From an uncultured Chloroflexia bacterium (GTDB lineage: Bacteria; Chloroflexota; Anaerolineae; Anaerolineales; Anaerolineaceae): a stretch of DNA of 32,000 nt. Location of the stretch: NCBI GenBank assembly GCA_963704755.1, contig OY969938.1, forward strand, positions 3,810,001 to 3,842,000, read 5' to 3'. Under the pieces are notes generated by a model that saw nothing but the letters and a program-made list of their open reading frames with translations, made no database searches and was not told where the DNA came from. A program made the position numbers and the translations under genes. Positions 23,070-31,353 of the stretch are shown piece by piece; positions within the stretch are counted from its first letter, which is position 1; each line of letters opens with the position of its first letter.

Positions 23070-23722
23070 CAGGCACCTCCAACGAGTAAATGCCACAGGC
23101 TTGGCATGGCCGGCACCATCATCCAGGAAAGCACATCCACACCAAAAAACTGCGGAACGAACAGGATGACCAGCAGCAGCATCGGGCCATAGGGCCGGAT
23201 GAAATCCAGGGCCTGGGCCATCCTGGGCGGGGCAAAGTAGTCGTAAATTTTGTCGCCGTCCAGCGGCGCGACGGGCAATAGATTGAACAGCATCAGCAGC
23301 AGGTTTATGCTGACGAAATCAACCAGGAAATTGTAGGGGGTGGGCAGCAGTGAGCTGGATGAAAAGGAATTGAAGGGAGTCACCAGCCCAAGCCGGAGAG
23401 GCACCGCAGCCACCGCAGCCATCAGAAAATTCGACAGCGGACCGGCCAGGGATACCCACATGACCGCCGCAGGTGAACGGCGCCGTAAAGCCGAAGGGTT
23501 GATGGGTACCGGTTTTGCCCAACCAAAACCGGCCACGATCAGCAAAAGTGAGCCGAAAAAATCGAGATGACTCAGGGGGTTGAGGGTCAACCGGCCGTTC
23601 TGGCGGGGTGTTTCATCGCCAAACAGGGTCGCCGTGAGCGCATGGGCGAATTCGTGAAAGGTAAAGGCGATGATAAGGGTAATCACCCGGCTGATAATGG
23701 TGGGCGTATCGAGGTTGAGCAT
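23069..23722 (-). CDS. site-2 protease family (peptidase M50) membrane metalloprotease
   Basis: HEFAHAL (HExxH) in the first TM helix, NLLPVAPLDG, and multiple TM segments. Confidence 0.85.
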   Translation of the reverse strand: MLNLDTPTIISRVITLIIAFTFHEFAHALTATLFGDETPRQNGRLTLNPLSHLDFFGSLLLIVAGFGWAKPVPINPSALRRRSPAAVMWVSLAGPLSNFLMAAVAAVPLRLGLVTPFNSFSSSSLLPTPYNFLVDFVSINLLLMLFNLLPVAPLDGDKIYDYFAPPRMAQALDFIRPYGPMLLLVILFVPQFFGVDVLSWMMVPAMPSLWHLLVGGA

Positions 23723-23732
23723 CTTGCGAACG

Positions 23733-23754
23733 ATTATAACATGGGTGGTATAAT
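23733..23754. promoter_or_regulatory. back-to-back extended -10 promoters in the 38-bp gap between divergent start codons
   Basis: Plus strand reads TGGTATAAT (23746-23754), then 6 nt, then ATG 23761. Minus strand reads TGTTATAAT (23741-23733), then 10 nt, then ATG 23722. Neither gene has an SD. Confidence 0.5.
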
Positions 23755-23760
23755 GCGGGC

Positions 23761-23973
23761 ATGCTGCCGGATCTGCGCCTGAACGACATCCTCCGCCTGC
23801 GCAAACCGCACCCTTGTGGAAGTTACGAGTGGAAAGTGGTTCGATTGGGGGCAGACATCGGGCTGGAATGTTGCGGCTGTCAGCGGCGAGTTATGCTGAC
23901 CCGGCGAGAACTCTCCAATCGTATGAAAACTATTCTGCAACGGGGTGAAGATGTCTCCGACCCTGGGCAATAA
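23761..23973 (+). CDS. DUF951 family protein
   Basis: LRKPHPCGSYEWKVVRLGADIGLECCGCQRRVMLTRREL matches the DUF951 Cys pattern. Confidence 0.8.
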   Translation: MLPDLRLNDILRLRKPHPCGSYEWKVVRLGADIGLECCGCQRRVMLTRRELSNRMKTILQRGEDVSDPGQ

Positions 23974-25126
23974 ACCACGGATCTTATTCCTTTTTTCGGA
24001 TACCGGCGGCGGCCATCGTAGCGCGTCCGAGGCCATCATCGAGGCGATCAACCTGGAATTCCCAGACCAGATCAAAACCGAGATGGTGGACATCTTTTTG
24101 CAATACGGCCCTCCGCCAATCAACCTGGCACCGCGAATTTACCCAACCCTCTCGCGTATGCCCAATATGTGGGGCTGGGGTTACCGCATCAGCGATAATC
24201 CGCGCCGTACACGGGTGGCCTATTCGATGTTGTGGCCATACGTACGCCGCTCACTGGACCGGCTGATCGTAGAACACCCCTCTTCCTTAATTGTGTCGGT
24301 GCACCAATTGATCAACAACCCGGTGTCTCACATTGCCGCCAAATACCATATTCCCTTTGCGACGGTGGTGACCGACCTGGTCTCTACTCATGCGGCCTGG
24401 TATTGCAACCGGGCCGCGCTGGTTGTCGTTCCAACGCTGGCGGCTCAACGGCGGGGTTTGGAAGCCGGTTTGCGGCCGGAGCAGATGCGCCTGGTCGGCC
24501 TGCCGGTGGCGGAGCGTTTTCGCCAGGTTGGAGAAGACCGGTTCGCCCTGCGCGAGCGGCTAGGCTGGCGCCAGGACCTGCCGGCGGTGGTGCTGGTGGG
24601 TGGCGGAGAGGGCATGGGCCCATTGGGTGACATGGCCCGCGCGATCAACCAGGCCTGCCTGCCCTTGCAAATGATCATTGTGGCCGGGCGCAACCAGGCC
24701 CTGCATACCCAGCTCGAAAATTATTCCTGGAACATCCCGGTCAAGGTGTATGGATTTGTCCGCAATATGCCCGATTTCATGCAGGCGGCGAACGTGCTGG
24801 TCACCAAAGCCGGTCCGGGTACGATCAGCGAAGCCTTTATCGCCGGTTTGCCGATTATTCTCTACAGCCGGCTGCCCGGTCAAGAAGAGGGCAACGTCGA
24901 TTATGTGGTGGACGAAGGAGCCGGTATCTGGGCACCGGAACCACGCAAAGTTGTGGCCGCCTTGCAGAACTGGCTGGATCACCCGGATGAGCTTCAAAAA
25001 GCTTCGCAGACCGCGCTGCATCTGGCCAGGCCGGACGCTGCGCGCCAGATCGCCAGGCTGCTGGTGGAGAAGGCCGTGGTGCCTCAAAATAAAATGTTAC
25101 TTTGGGATAATCGTTGCCTCAAATAG
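23945..25126 (+). CDS. MGDG-synthase-type glycosyltransferase (GT28 family)
   Basis: PRILFLFSDTGGGHRSASEAI at the N-terminus and a GT28-like C-terminal domain (VTKAGPGTISEA). The start is GTG 23945 or ATG 23951. The last 17 codons from 25075 (VVPQNKMLLWDNRCLK plus the stop) are encoded by the IS terminal repeat. Confidence 0.8.
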   Translation: MKMSPTLGNKPRILFLFSDTGGGHRSASEAIIEAINLEFPDQIKTEMVDIFLQYGPPPINLAPRIYPTLSRMPNMWGWGYRISDNPRRTRVAYSMLWPYVRRSLDRLIVEHPSSLIVSVHQLINNPVSHIAAKYHIPFATVVTDLVSTHAAWYCNRAALVVVPTLAAQRRGLEAGLRPEQMRLVGLPVAERFRQVGEDRFALRERLGWRQDLPAVVLVGGGEGMGPLGDMARAINQACLPLQMIIVAGRNQALHTQLENYSWNIPVKVYGFVRNMPDFMQAANVLVTKAGPGTISEAFIAGLPIILYSRLPGQEEGNVDYVVDEGAGIWAPEPRKVVAALQNWLDHPDELQKASQTALHLARPDAARQIARLLVEKAVVPQNKMLLWDNRCLK

Positions 25127-26368
25127 AAATGTTACCGGAGAATTCTTAACAATTGATTGACCTTTTTATTGATACTGGCCTGTAAGGACACAGGGTTCAG
25201 ATGAACATATTGGGCAGTAAGACTGGCCTTGACTTTCAGGGGAAGAGAGTCCTGGGCTAAGACCCGGCGATAGGGGGTCTTGGCCAGATCATACTTACGG
25301 ATCGTCTTGCCGTCAACGGTTTCTTTAGCAATCAGTTTGAGAACTGGCTGGAAAAAATTGATGTAAAGACGCAAATCGGAGTAAATGGATTTGAGCAAGG
25401 CAAGTTCTTGTGGGGTTTCGAAGCGGTCATAGCCAATGGTATGTCGAACAACCGACCAATTCTTCTGTTCCACATGAGCCTGATCATTCTTGTGGTAAGG
25501 CCGCGAACGCGTAAAGGTAATGAGTTCGCTCTGGCAGTATCGCAAAAGTGTATCGTTGATGAATTCACTGCCATTGTCTGAATCCAATCCCAAAAGAGGA
25601 AAAGGCAGGTTATGGCGCAATTCCTCAATGGCTTGAGAGACAGCTGTCTGGGTTTTGTTGGCCAGGCCCAGGCACTCGGTCCAGCCGGTGGCTAAATCGG
25701 TTGCAGTGAGGGTATTGAGGTAGGTACCCTCGGTGGTTGTACCACAATGGGCCACCAGGTCGATTTCCAGAAAGCCTGGCTTCTCGTCCTCCCAAGGGGT
25801 AAAGGTGCGGATGGGAATGGCTTGTTTGAGCAAACTGCCCGGTTTGGTAGTCCCAAGCCCACGTGGGGTGGGGGCGAGGCGTGCCTTTTTCAAACAGCGA
25901 TCTATGGTGGCCCGGCTCAAGCTCAACAAAAGCGCTTTGGTTTCCTCGCTCAACTCTATTTCCTGCCAGCGCTCTAAAACATCCACCATTTCAGGAATAA
26001 AAGGCTGTAGTCGTTTTGAGCAGATGCACCCACTAACTTCCCAAATCTTTTCCAGAGCCACGACGACTTCCCCGTTGTATTTCTTCCGTCGCCCGGCTTT
26101 CTTCAACCCCTTTGGCTTGGAACCATGCTTCAACAGCCGAATAGCGTATTTACGATGATATCCGCTTGTGGCGATAAATTCATCCAGAATCTGTTTCTTC
26201 TCGGCTTTCCTGGCTTTCAAATAGCGCGGACGAATGCTTTCTAGCATCTCCCGCCGACTGCGTTGACTCATCATGAGCTCCCTCTGCGGTGCTTTATTCC
26301 GCGTTAGGGTAACATTTATTTTGAGCCAACGTTATTTCGCAAAGTAAGATTAATTGTGAGGCAATTCG
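25075..26368 (-). mobile_element. insertion sequence with rve-type DDE transposase (IS481/ISNCY-like), about 1.29 kb
   Basis: The ~55-bp imperfect terminal IRs are at 25080-25136 and 26308-26363. Each holds two copies of a TGCCTCAAAATAAAATGTTAC-like motif. A candidate 5-bp TSD AAGGC sits at 25070-25074 and 26369-26373. The exact ends are uncertain by a few bp. Confidence 0.75.
25132..26274 (-). CDS. DDE integrase-core (rve) transposase
   Basis: N-terminal HTH region, then EIDLVAHCG (D), GLDSDNGSEF (D) and HVEQKNW (E), with about 35 residues between the second D and the E. Confidence 0.85.
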   Translation of the reverse strand: MMSQRSRREMLESIRPRYLKARKAEKKQILDEFIATSGYHRKYAIRLLKHGSKPKGLKKAGRRKKYNGEVVVALEKIWEVSGCICSKRLQPFIPEMVDVLERWQEIELSEETKALLLSLSRATIDRCLKKARLAPTPRGLGTTKPGSLLKQAIPIRTFTPWEDEKPGFLEIDLVAHCGTTTEGTYLNTLTATDLATGWTECLGLANKTQTAVSQAIEELRHNLPFPLLGLDSDNGSEFINDTLLRYCQSELITFTRSRPYHKNDQAHVEQKNWSVVRHTIGYDRFETPQELALLKSIYSDLRLYINFFQPVLKLIAKETVDGKTIRKYDLAKTPYRRVLAQDSLPLKVKASLTAQYVHLNPVSLQASINKKVNQLLRILR

Positions 26369-26409
26369 AAGGCTAAGTCGCCTGGATGAAAGCGGGTATA
26401 ATTTGAGAG

Positions 26410-26904
26410 ATGCCCATTCTTGACTCTCACACCTTGGAATTCTTCAGCCGCAGCTCCGAGCAAACCCGGCGCCTGGGTATGCGCCTGGGAAGTTTGCTGC
26501 AAAAGGGGGACGCAGTGTACTTGCAAGGTGATCTGGGCGCGGGCAAGACCACTTTCGTCCAGGGGGTAGCCCAGGGTTGGGGGTCGCTGGACCCTGTTTC
26601 CAGCCCGACATTTGTCCTGGTCAACGTGTACCGCCGCCCGGACGGGCAGAACCTCAGTCATTTGGACGCTTATCGCCTGGCCGGGGTGGATGAGGCGATC
26701 GATCTCGATTTGGATTACTTGATCGAGCAAGGCGCCCTGGTAGTGGAATGGCCCGAACGGATCCAGGAAGCACTGCCGAAAGAATATATGTTAATTAAAT
26801 TACGCTACATCGCTGAAGAACAACGCGGGATGGTTTTTTTAAGTGTTGGCGAACGCTACGAGAACCTGGTGAACGAGTTCCGCCAGCGAGTATTGGGAGG
26901 TTAA
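26410..26904 (+). CDS. tsaE: tRNA t6A37 biosynthesis ATPase TsaE
   Basis: Walker A LQGDLGAGKTTFVQG, SPTF, and the HLDAYRL motif. Confidence 0.9.
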   Translation: MPILDSHTLEFFSRSSEQTRRLGMRLGSLLQKGDAVYLQGDLGAGKTTFVQGVAQGWGSLDPVSSPTFVLVNVYRRPDGQNLSHLDAYRLAGVDEAIDLDLDYLIEQGALVVEWPERIQEALPKEYMLIKLRYIAEEQRGMVFLSVGERYENLVNEFRQRVLGG

Positions 26905-26906
26905 GC

Positions 26907-27575
26907 GTGCTACTGGCTTTAGATACCTCTACGCAAATGGTCGGAATGGGCCTTTACGATGGAGCTCAAATTATCGGTGAGATGGTCTGGAAGACTCAAA
27001 ACCATCACACGATTGAAATTGCGCCGTCGGTGAGCGGGCTGCTTTCACGCTGCGGCGTTCATCCAACGGATCTGGAAGCGATTGGGGTTGCTTTGGGACC
27101 AGGCTCGTTCACGAGTTTGAGGATTGGCCTGGCGGTGGCCAAGGGCATGGCATTGGCTTTGCGGATTCCTATTGTCGGCATTCCTACGCTGGATATCCTG
27201 GCAGCAGCCCAACCGATGCGCGAATTTCCACTTGCAGCAGTTTTGCAATCCGGGCGGGGGCGGCTGGCAATCGGTTATTACAAAACGGGAAAAACGGGTT
27301 GGGAGAAACAGGGGGAACCAAAGATCAGTGATATCGAGAGTTTTTCGGAAGAAATTCAATCCACAACCATCGTCTGTGGTGAATTAACCGCTGTCGAGCG
27401 GCAAGTATTGGCCCGTAAGCGCCGGGCAGTGATCCTGGCCTCACCGTCACTCTCTTTGCGCCGGCCTTCATACCTGGGAGAGCTGGCCTGGAAACGTTGG
27501 CGCGCTGGCAAAGTGGATGAGGTGATCAGCCTGGCACCTATCTATCTCAGCACGACGGAGCTGCCTACTCCGTGA
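26907..27575 (+). CDS. tsaB: tRNA t6A37 biosynthesis protein TsaB
   Basis: GTG start, LLALDTSTQ..., GPGSFTSLRIGLAVAKG. Lies between tsaE and rimI, the classical order. Confidence 0.9.
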   Translation: MLLALDTSTQMVGMGLYDGAQIIGEMVWKTQNHHTIEIAPSVSGLLSRCGVHPTDLEAIGVALGPGSFTSLRIGLAVAKGMALALRIPIVGIPTLDILAAAQPMREFPLAAVLQSGRGRLAIGYYKTGKTGWEKQGEPKISDIESFSEEIQSTTIVCGELTAVERQVLARKRRAVILASPSLSLRRPSYLGELAWKRWRAGKVDEVISLAPIYLSTTELPTP

Positions 27576-28132
27576 CCGGTCCCGGTATGTCAACCCAGAT
27601 TATTGTCCGCCCGATGGCACTGGATGATATTCCCCAGGTGAGGAATATCGACCAGATTTCTTTTTCTTTACCCTGGCCGGAACGGTCCTACCGGTTCGAG
27701 ATTACCGAAAATACGTCTTCGCGGGCCTGGGTCGCCGAACAGGTTCAGGAAAATGGAGAGCGGCAAATCGTGGCCATGATTGTGGCCTGGCTGATTTTGG
27801 ATGAGACCCATATTGGTACATTTGCTGTGCATCCCAATTTCCGGCGAGCGGGGGTTGGCCGCTTGTTGATGGCTAAAACTCTGTTAACCGCCTATGAAGA
27901 TGGCGCGCGCATTTGCTATCTGGAGGTCCGGCGCTCGAACCAGCCGGCCATCCGGCTTTATGAGATGTTTGGGTTTATCCAAACCTCGGTCCGGGCGCGT
28001 TATTATCGGGATAACAACGAAGATGCCTTGTTGATGACCCTCGATCCGATCGTTCCGGAAAAAATTCAGGCGCTGCTGGAGCGGCCGGTACCCGACGGAC
28101 ATTCCGGAGAAACCCTGGATTCGCCGGTCTAG
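27572..28132 (+). CDS. rimI: ribosomal-protein-alanine N-acetyltransferase (GNAT)
   Basis: GNAT motif FAVHPNFRRAGVGRLLM and LEVRRSNQPAIRLYEMFGF. The start is GTG 27572 (GTGA overlap) or ATG 27587. Confidence 0.85.
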   Translation: MTGPGMSTQIIVRPMALDDIPQVRNIDQISFSLPWPERSYRFEITENTSSRAWVAEQVQENGERQIVAMIVAWLILDETHIGTFAVHPNFRRAGVGRLLMAKTLLTAYEDGARICYLEVRRSNQPAIRLYEMFGFIQTSVRARYYRDNNEDALLMTLDPIVPEKIQALLERPVPDGHSGETLDSPV

Positions 28133-28220
28133 GACGTTTTGAAAGGTCCCTTCCGGGTTACAATGGCGTACCGTACAAGAGTGGGATCGACGATAAAACT
28201 CTCGCTTAAAGGAGGCGGTT

Positions 28221-28874
28221 GTGGATAGTAAGGAAGTTTTAAGCAGAGTCGCTGCGGAAGTTTCAGCCTGCCAAAAATGCCAGTTGAGTTATTCTCGAAA
28301 AAAGTCAGTGCCCGGCGAAGGCCCGCTGAACGCCGAAATGATGTTCATCGGCGAAGGACCTGGCTTTTATGAAAACGAACAAGGCCGTCCATTCGTAGGC
28401 GCAGCTGGACAATTTCTGGACGAACTGCTTGGAAAAGCCGGTTTCAAACGCGAAGCCGTATTCATTACCAATGTGGTTAAGTGCCGGCCACCGGGAAACC
28501 GTGACCCGCTGCCGGAGGAACTTTACGCCTGCAATTCCTACCTGGACGAGCAAATCCAGGCGATCAGCCCCTGCGTTATTGTCACCCTGGGGCGCTATTC
28601 GATGGCCAAATTTTTGCCCAACGTGCGCATCAGCGATGTTCATGGGCGGTCCTATTGGGTCAACGATCGCCTGATCGTGCCGATGTTCCACCCGGCGGCG
28701 GCACTGCATCAGCCTTCCTTGAAAGGGGCGGTGATCGAAGATTTCGGGCGTTTACCCGGTTATGTTAACCAGGCGCGCCAGAATCGCGATAAAATCCATC
28801 CTGTACTGGAATCCAAAGTAGAGGATGAGCCGCAAAGCAATGAGGATCAACCCACCCAATTGAGCCTGTTTTAA
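28221..28874 (+). CDS. udg: uracil-DNA glycosylase, family 4
   Basis: CQKC...GEGPGFYENEQGRPFVGAAGQFL, NVVKCRPPGNRDP and HPAA. GTG start after AAAGGAGG. Confidence 0.9.
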   Translation: MDSKEVLSRVAAEVSACQKCQLSYSRKKSVPGEGPLNAEMMFIGEGPGFYENEQGRPFVGAAGQFLDELLGKAGFKREAVFITNVVKCRPPGNRDPLPEELYACNSYLDEQIQAISPCVIVTLGRYSMAKFLPNVRISDVHGRSYWVNDRLIVPMFHPAAALHQPSLKGAVIEDFGRLPGYVNQARQNRDKIHPVLESKVEDEPQSNEDQPTQLSLF

Positions 28875-28906
28875 GAAAATTTGCGAAAGTGAAACAGAAC
28901 AAAATG

Positions 28907-29017
28907 ATTACTGCTCAGCCAAACGGGTAAGAACCTCGAATTTGAGGTGTTTGCGAAGAATTCGTCTCCGCAAACACCTCAAATTTAGAAACTTCCTGCA
29001 AAGGACTGGGCAGTTAA
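28907..29017. repeat. 111-bp nested-palindrome element, slightly decayed copy
   Basis: ATTACTGCTCAGCCAAACGGGTAAGAACCTCGAATTTGAGGTGTTTGCGAAGA-attcg-TCTCCGCAAACACCTCAAATTT...GGACTGGGCAGTTAA. The left ~50 bp match 19605-19655 with only a handful of mismatches. Confidence 0.85.
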
Positions 29018-29020
29018 AAA

Positions 29021-30370
29021 ATGTCCACCAGTAAAAGGAAACCGACAATGGCCAATGAAATATTCAACGAATTGGTAAATAAGCTTCAAAGCAAAACAGC
29101 TTGCGTTGCCGTTTTAGGATTGGGGTATGTGGGATTGCCCCTGGCCGTAGTTTTCGCCGAAGCGGGTTTTGAAGTCACCGGGATCGACCCGATCCAATCC
29201 AAGGTCGATGCGGTCAATCGCGGTGAAAGCTACATCCAGGATGTGCCTACCGAACAGGTACATGAGCTGGTGAAAAACGGCCGTTTGAAGGCCACCACAG
29301 ATTACTCCATTCTGAAGGAAATGGACGCCGTCTCGATTTGCGTACCGACACCGCTGCGCAAGACCGGGGACCCCGACCTTTCTTTCATCATCAACGCGGC
29401 CAACAGCCTGTCACCCTACGTTCACAAAGGTATGGTGGTGGTGCTTGAATCCAGCACCTATCCCGGCACGACTCGTGAGCTGGTCCTGCCGGCCATGACA
29501 GAAGCCTCCGGGCTGAAAGTCGGTGAAGATATTTTTGTGGCCTTTTCACCCGAGCGGGTGGACCCCGGTCGGACCGATTGGACGACCTACAACACCCCCA
29601 AGGTGGTTGGCGGGATCACTGCACTGTGCAGTGAAGTTGCCTCGACCTGGTACTGCCAGGCTTTGCAGACGGTGGTGCCGGTCACTTCGACCGAAGTGGC
29701 CGAAATGGCCAAGCTGCTGGAAAACACCTTCCGCATGATCAACATCGGGCTGGTCAACGAGCTGGCCATCATGTGCGATCGCCTGAAGGTGGACGTCTGG
29801 GAAGTCATCGATGCGGCGGCTACCAAGCCGTTTGGCTTCATGAAATTCACGCCAGGGCCAGGCCTGGGCGGTCACTGTATTCCGATCGACCCGCTGTACC
29901 TTTCCTGGAAACTGAAATCACTCAATTACAACGCCCGCTTTATCGAGTTGGCTTCGGAAATCAATACCAACATGCCACGTGTTGTCCTCGAACGGGTGCA
30001 GGATGGCCTGAACGGCCAAATGAAACCGCTCAAGGGCAGCCATGTATTGGTCTTGGGGGCGGCTTACAAACCCGATATCGATGACCTGCGTGAGTCGCCG
30101 GCCCTGGATGTAATCCACTTGCTGCGCGCAAAAGGCGCCCTGGTGGAATACCACGATCCCTACGTTGCCAGCCTGATTTCTGATGATATCGTGATGAAAT
30201 CGGTCCCCGATTTGATGACAGCGGTCCGGGATGCGGATTGTGTGGTGATTGTAACCAACCACAAAAAATACGATTACAATGCCATTTTGGAAAATGCTCG
30301 TTTGGTTATTGATACTCGAAATGCCCTGGGTAAACAAGGGCGGGACAATCCCAAAGTTGTGAGGCTGTAG
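29021..30370 (+). CDS. UDP-N-acetyl-D-hexosamine (nucleotide-sugar) 6-dehydrogenase family protein
   Basis: VAVLGLGYVGLPLAVVFA Rossmann motif, GGHCIPIDP catalytic Cys motif, and the UDPG_MGDP_dh architecture. ATG 29048 (MANEIF, after AAGGA) is a plausible alternative start. Confidence 0.85.
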   Translation: MSTSKRKPTMANEIFNELVNKLQSKTACVAVLGLGYVGLPLAVVFAEAGFEVTGIDPIQSKVDAVNRGESYIQDVPTEQVHELVKNGRLKATTDYSILKEMDAVSICVPTPLRKTGDPDLSFIINAANSLSPYVHKGMVVVLESSTYPGTTRELVLPAMTEASGLKVGEDIFVAFSPERVDPGRTDWTTYNTPKVVGGITALCSEVASTWYCQALQTVVPVTSTEVAEMAKLLENTFRMINIGLVNELAIMCDRLKVDVWEVIDAAATKPFGFMKFTPGPGLGGHCIPIDPLYLSWKLKSLNYNARFIELASEINTNMPRVVLERVQDGLNGQMKPLKGSHVLVLGAAYKPDIDDLRESPALDVIHLLRAKGALVEYHDPYVASLISDDIVMKSVPDLMTAVRDADCVVIVTNHKKYDYNAILENARLVIDTRNALGKQGRDNPKVVRL

Positions 30371-30372
30371 TT

Positions 30373-31353
30373 ATGGCAGGAAATTATCTCGTAACCGGCG
30401 CCGCCGGTTTTATCGGCTCGCGGGTCTGTGAAATGCTGCTTGAATCCGGGAACAAAGTGACCGGAGTGGATAATCTATGTGATGCATACGATGTGCGCAT
30501 CAAGCACTGGCGCCTGGAGCAGCTACGCGGGCAAAAGGATTTCCGCTTTTTGCGGGCCGATATTGCTGACCGGAGTTTGTTGGATGATCTTTCCAACTCC
30601 CCCGAGAAATACGATGGGGTGATCAACCTGGCTGCACGGGCCGGGGTACGCGCTTCGGTGGAAAACCCGTGGGAGTTTATCAATACCAACACCACCGGTA
30701 CCCTCAATTTGTTGGAACTTTGCCGGCGGCGGGATATTCCCAAGTTTATCCTGGCTTCCACATCCAGTATCTATGGGCAGGATGCGCCTCTACCCACCGA
30801 CGAAACGGCCTCCAGTGACCGGCCGCTCCAGCCTTACGCAGCCACGAAAAAAGGCGCCGAGGCCATGTGCCACGCCTACCATTTCCTCTATGATCTGGAT
30901 GTGACTGTGTTCCGTTTCTTTACGGTCTATGGGCCGGCCGGCCGGCCGGATATGGTCATGTTCCGCTTCGCGCAATGGATCAACGAAGGGCGGCCGGTGC
31001 ATTTGAATGGCGACGGCAACCAGACCCGTGGGTTTACCTACGTGGATGATATCGCCCGGGGTACCATTGCCGGCCTGCGCCCGTTGGGATATGAGATTAT
31101 CAACCTGGGCGGGCATGAAGTGATCAGCATCAACGAAATGATTGCCCGCCTGGAAAACCTGATCGGCAAAAAAGCGAATGTGGTGTATCACCCGCCGGTC
31201 AAAGCCGATATGTTAACCAATCAGGCTGATGTCAGCAAAGCGCGCAGGCTGTTGGATTGGGCGCCGCAAGTCGGTATGGACGAGGGGATGAAACGTCTGG
31301 TGGATTGGTACCTGGCCGAACGCGAATGGGCGCGCCAGGTGATCACTGAATGA
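30373..31353 (+). CDS. NAD-dependent epimerase/dehydratase (UDP-glucuronate 4-epimerase-like SDR)
   Basis: VTGAAGFIGS, STSSIYG, and the YAATKKGAE (YxxxK) motif. Confidence 0.85.
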   Translation: MAGNYLVTGAAGFIGSRVCEMLLESGNKVTGVDNLCDAYDVRIKHWRLEQLRGQKDFRFLRADIADRSLLDDLSNSPEKYDGVINLAARAGVRASVENPWEFINTNTTGTLNLLELCRRRDIPKFILASTSSIYGQDAPLPTDETASSDRPLQPYAATKKGAEAMCHAYHFLYDLDVTVFRFFTVYGPAGRPDMVMFRFAQWINEGRPVHLNGDGNQTRGFTYVDDIARGTIAGLRPLGYEIINLGGHEVISINEMIARLENLIGKKANVVYHPPVKADMLTNQADVSKARRLLDWAPQVGMDEGMKRLVDWYLAEREWARQVITE

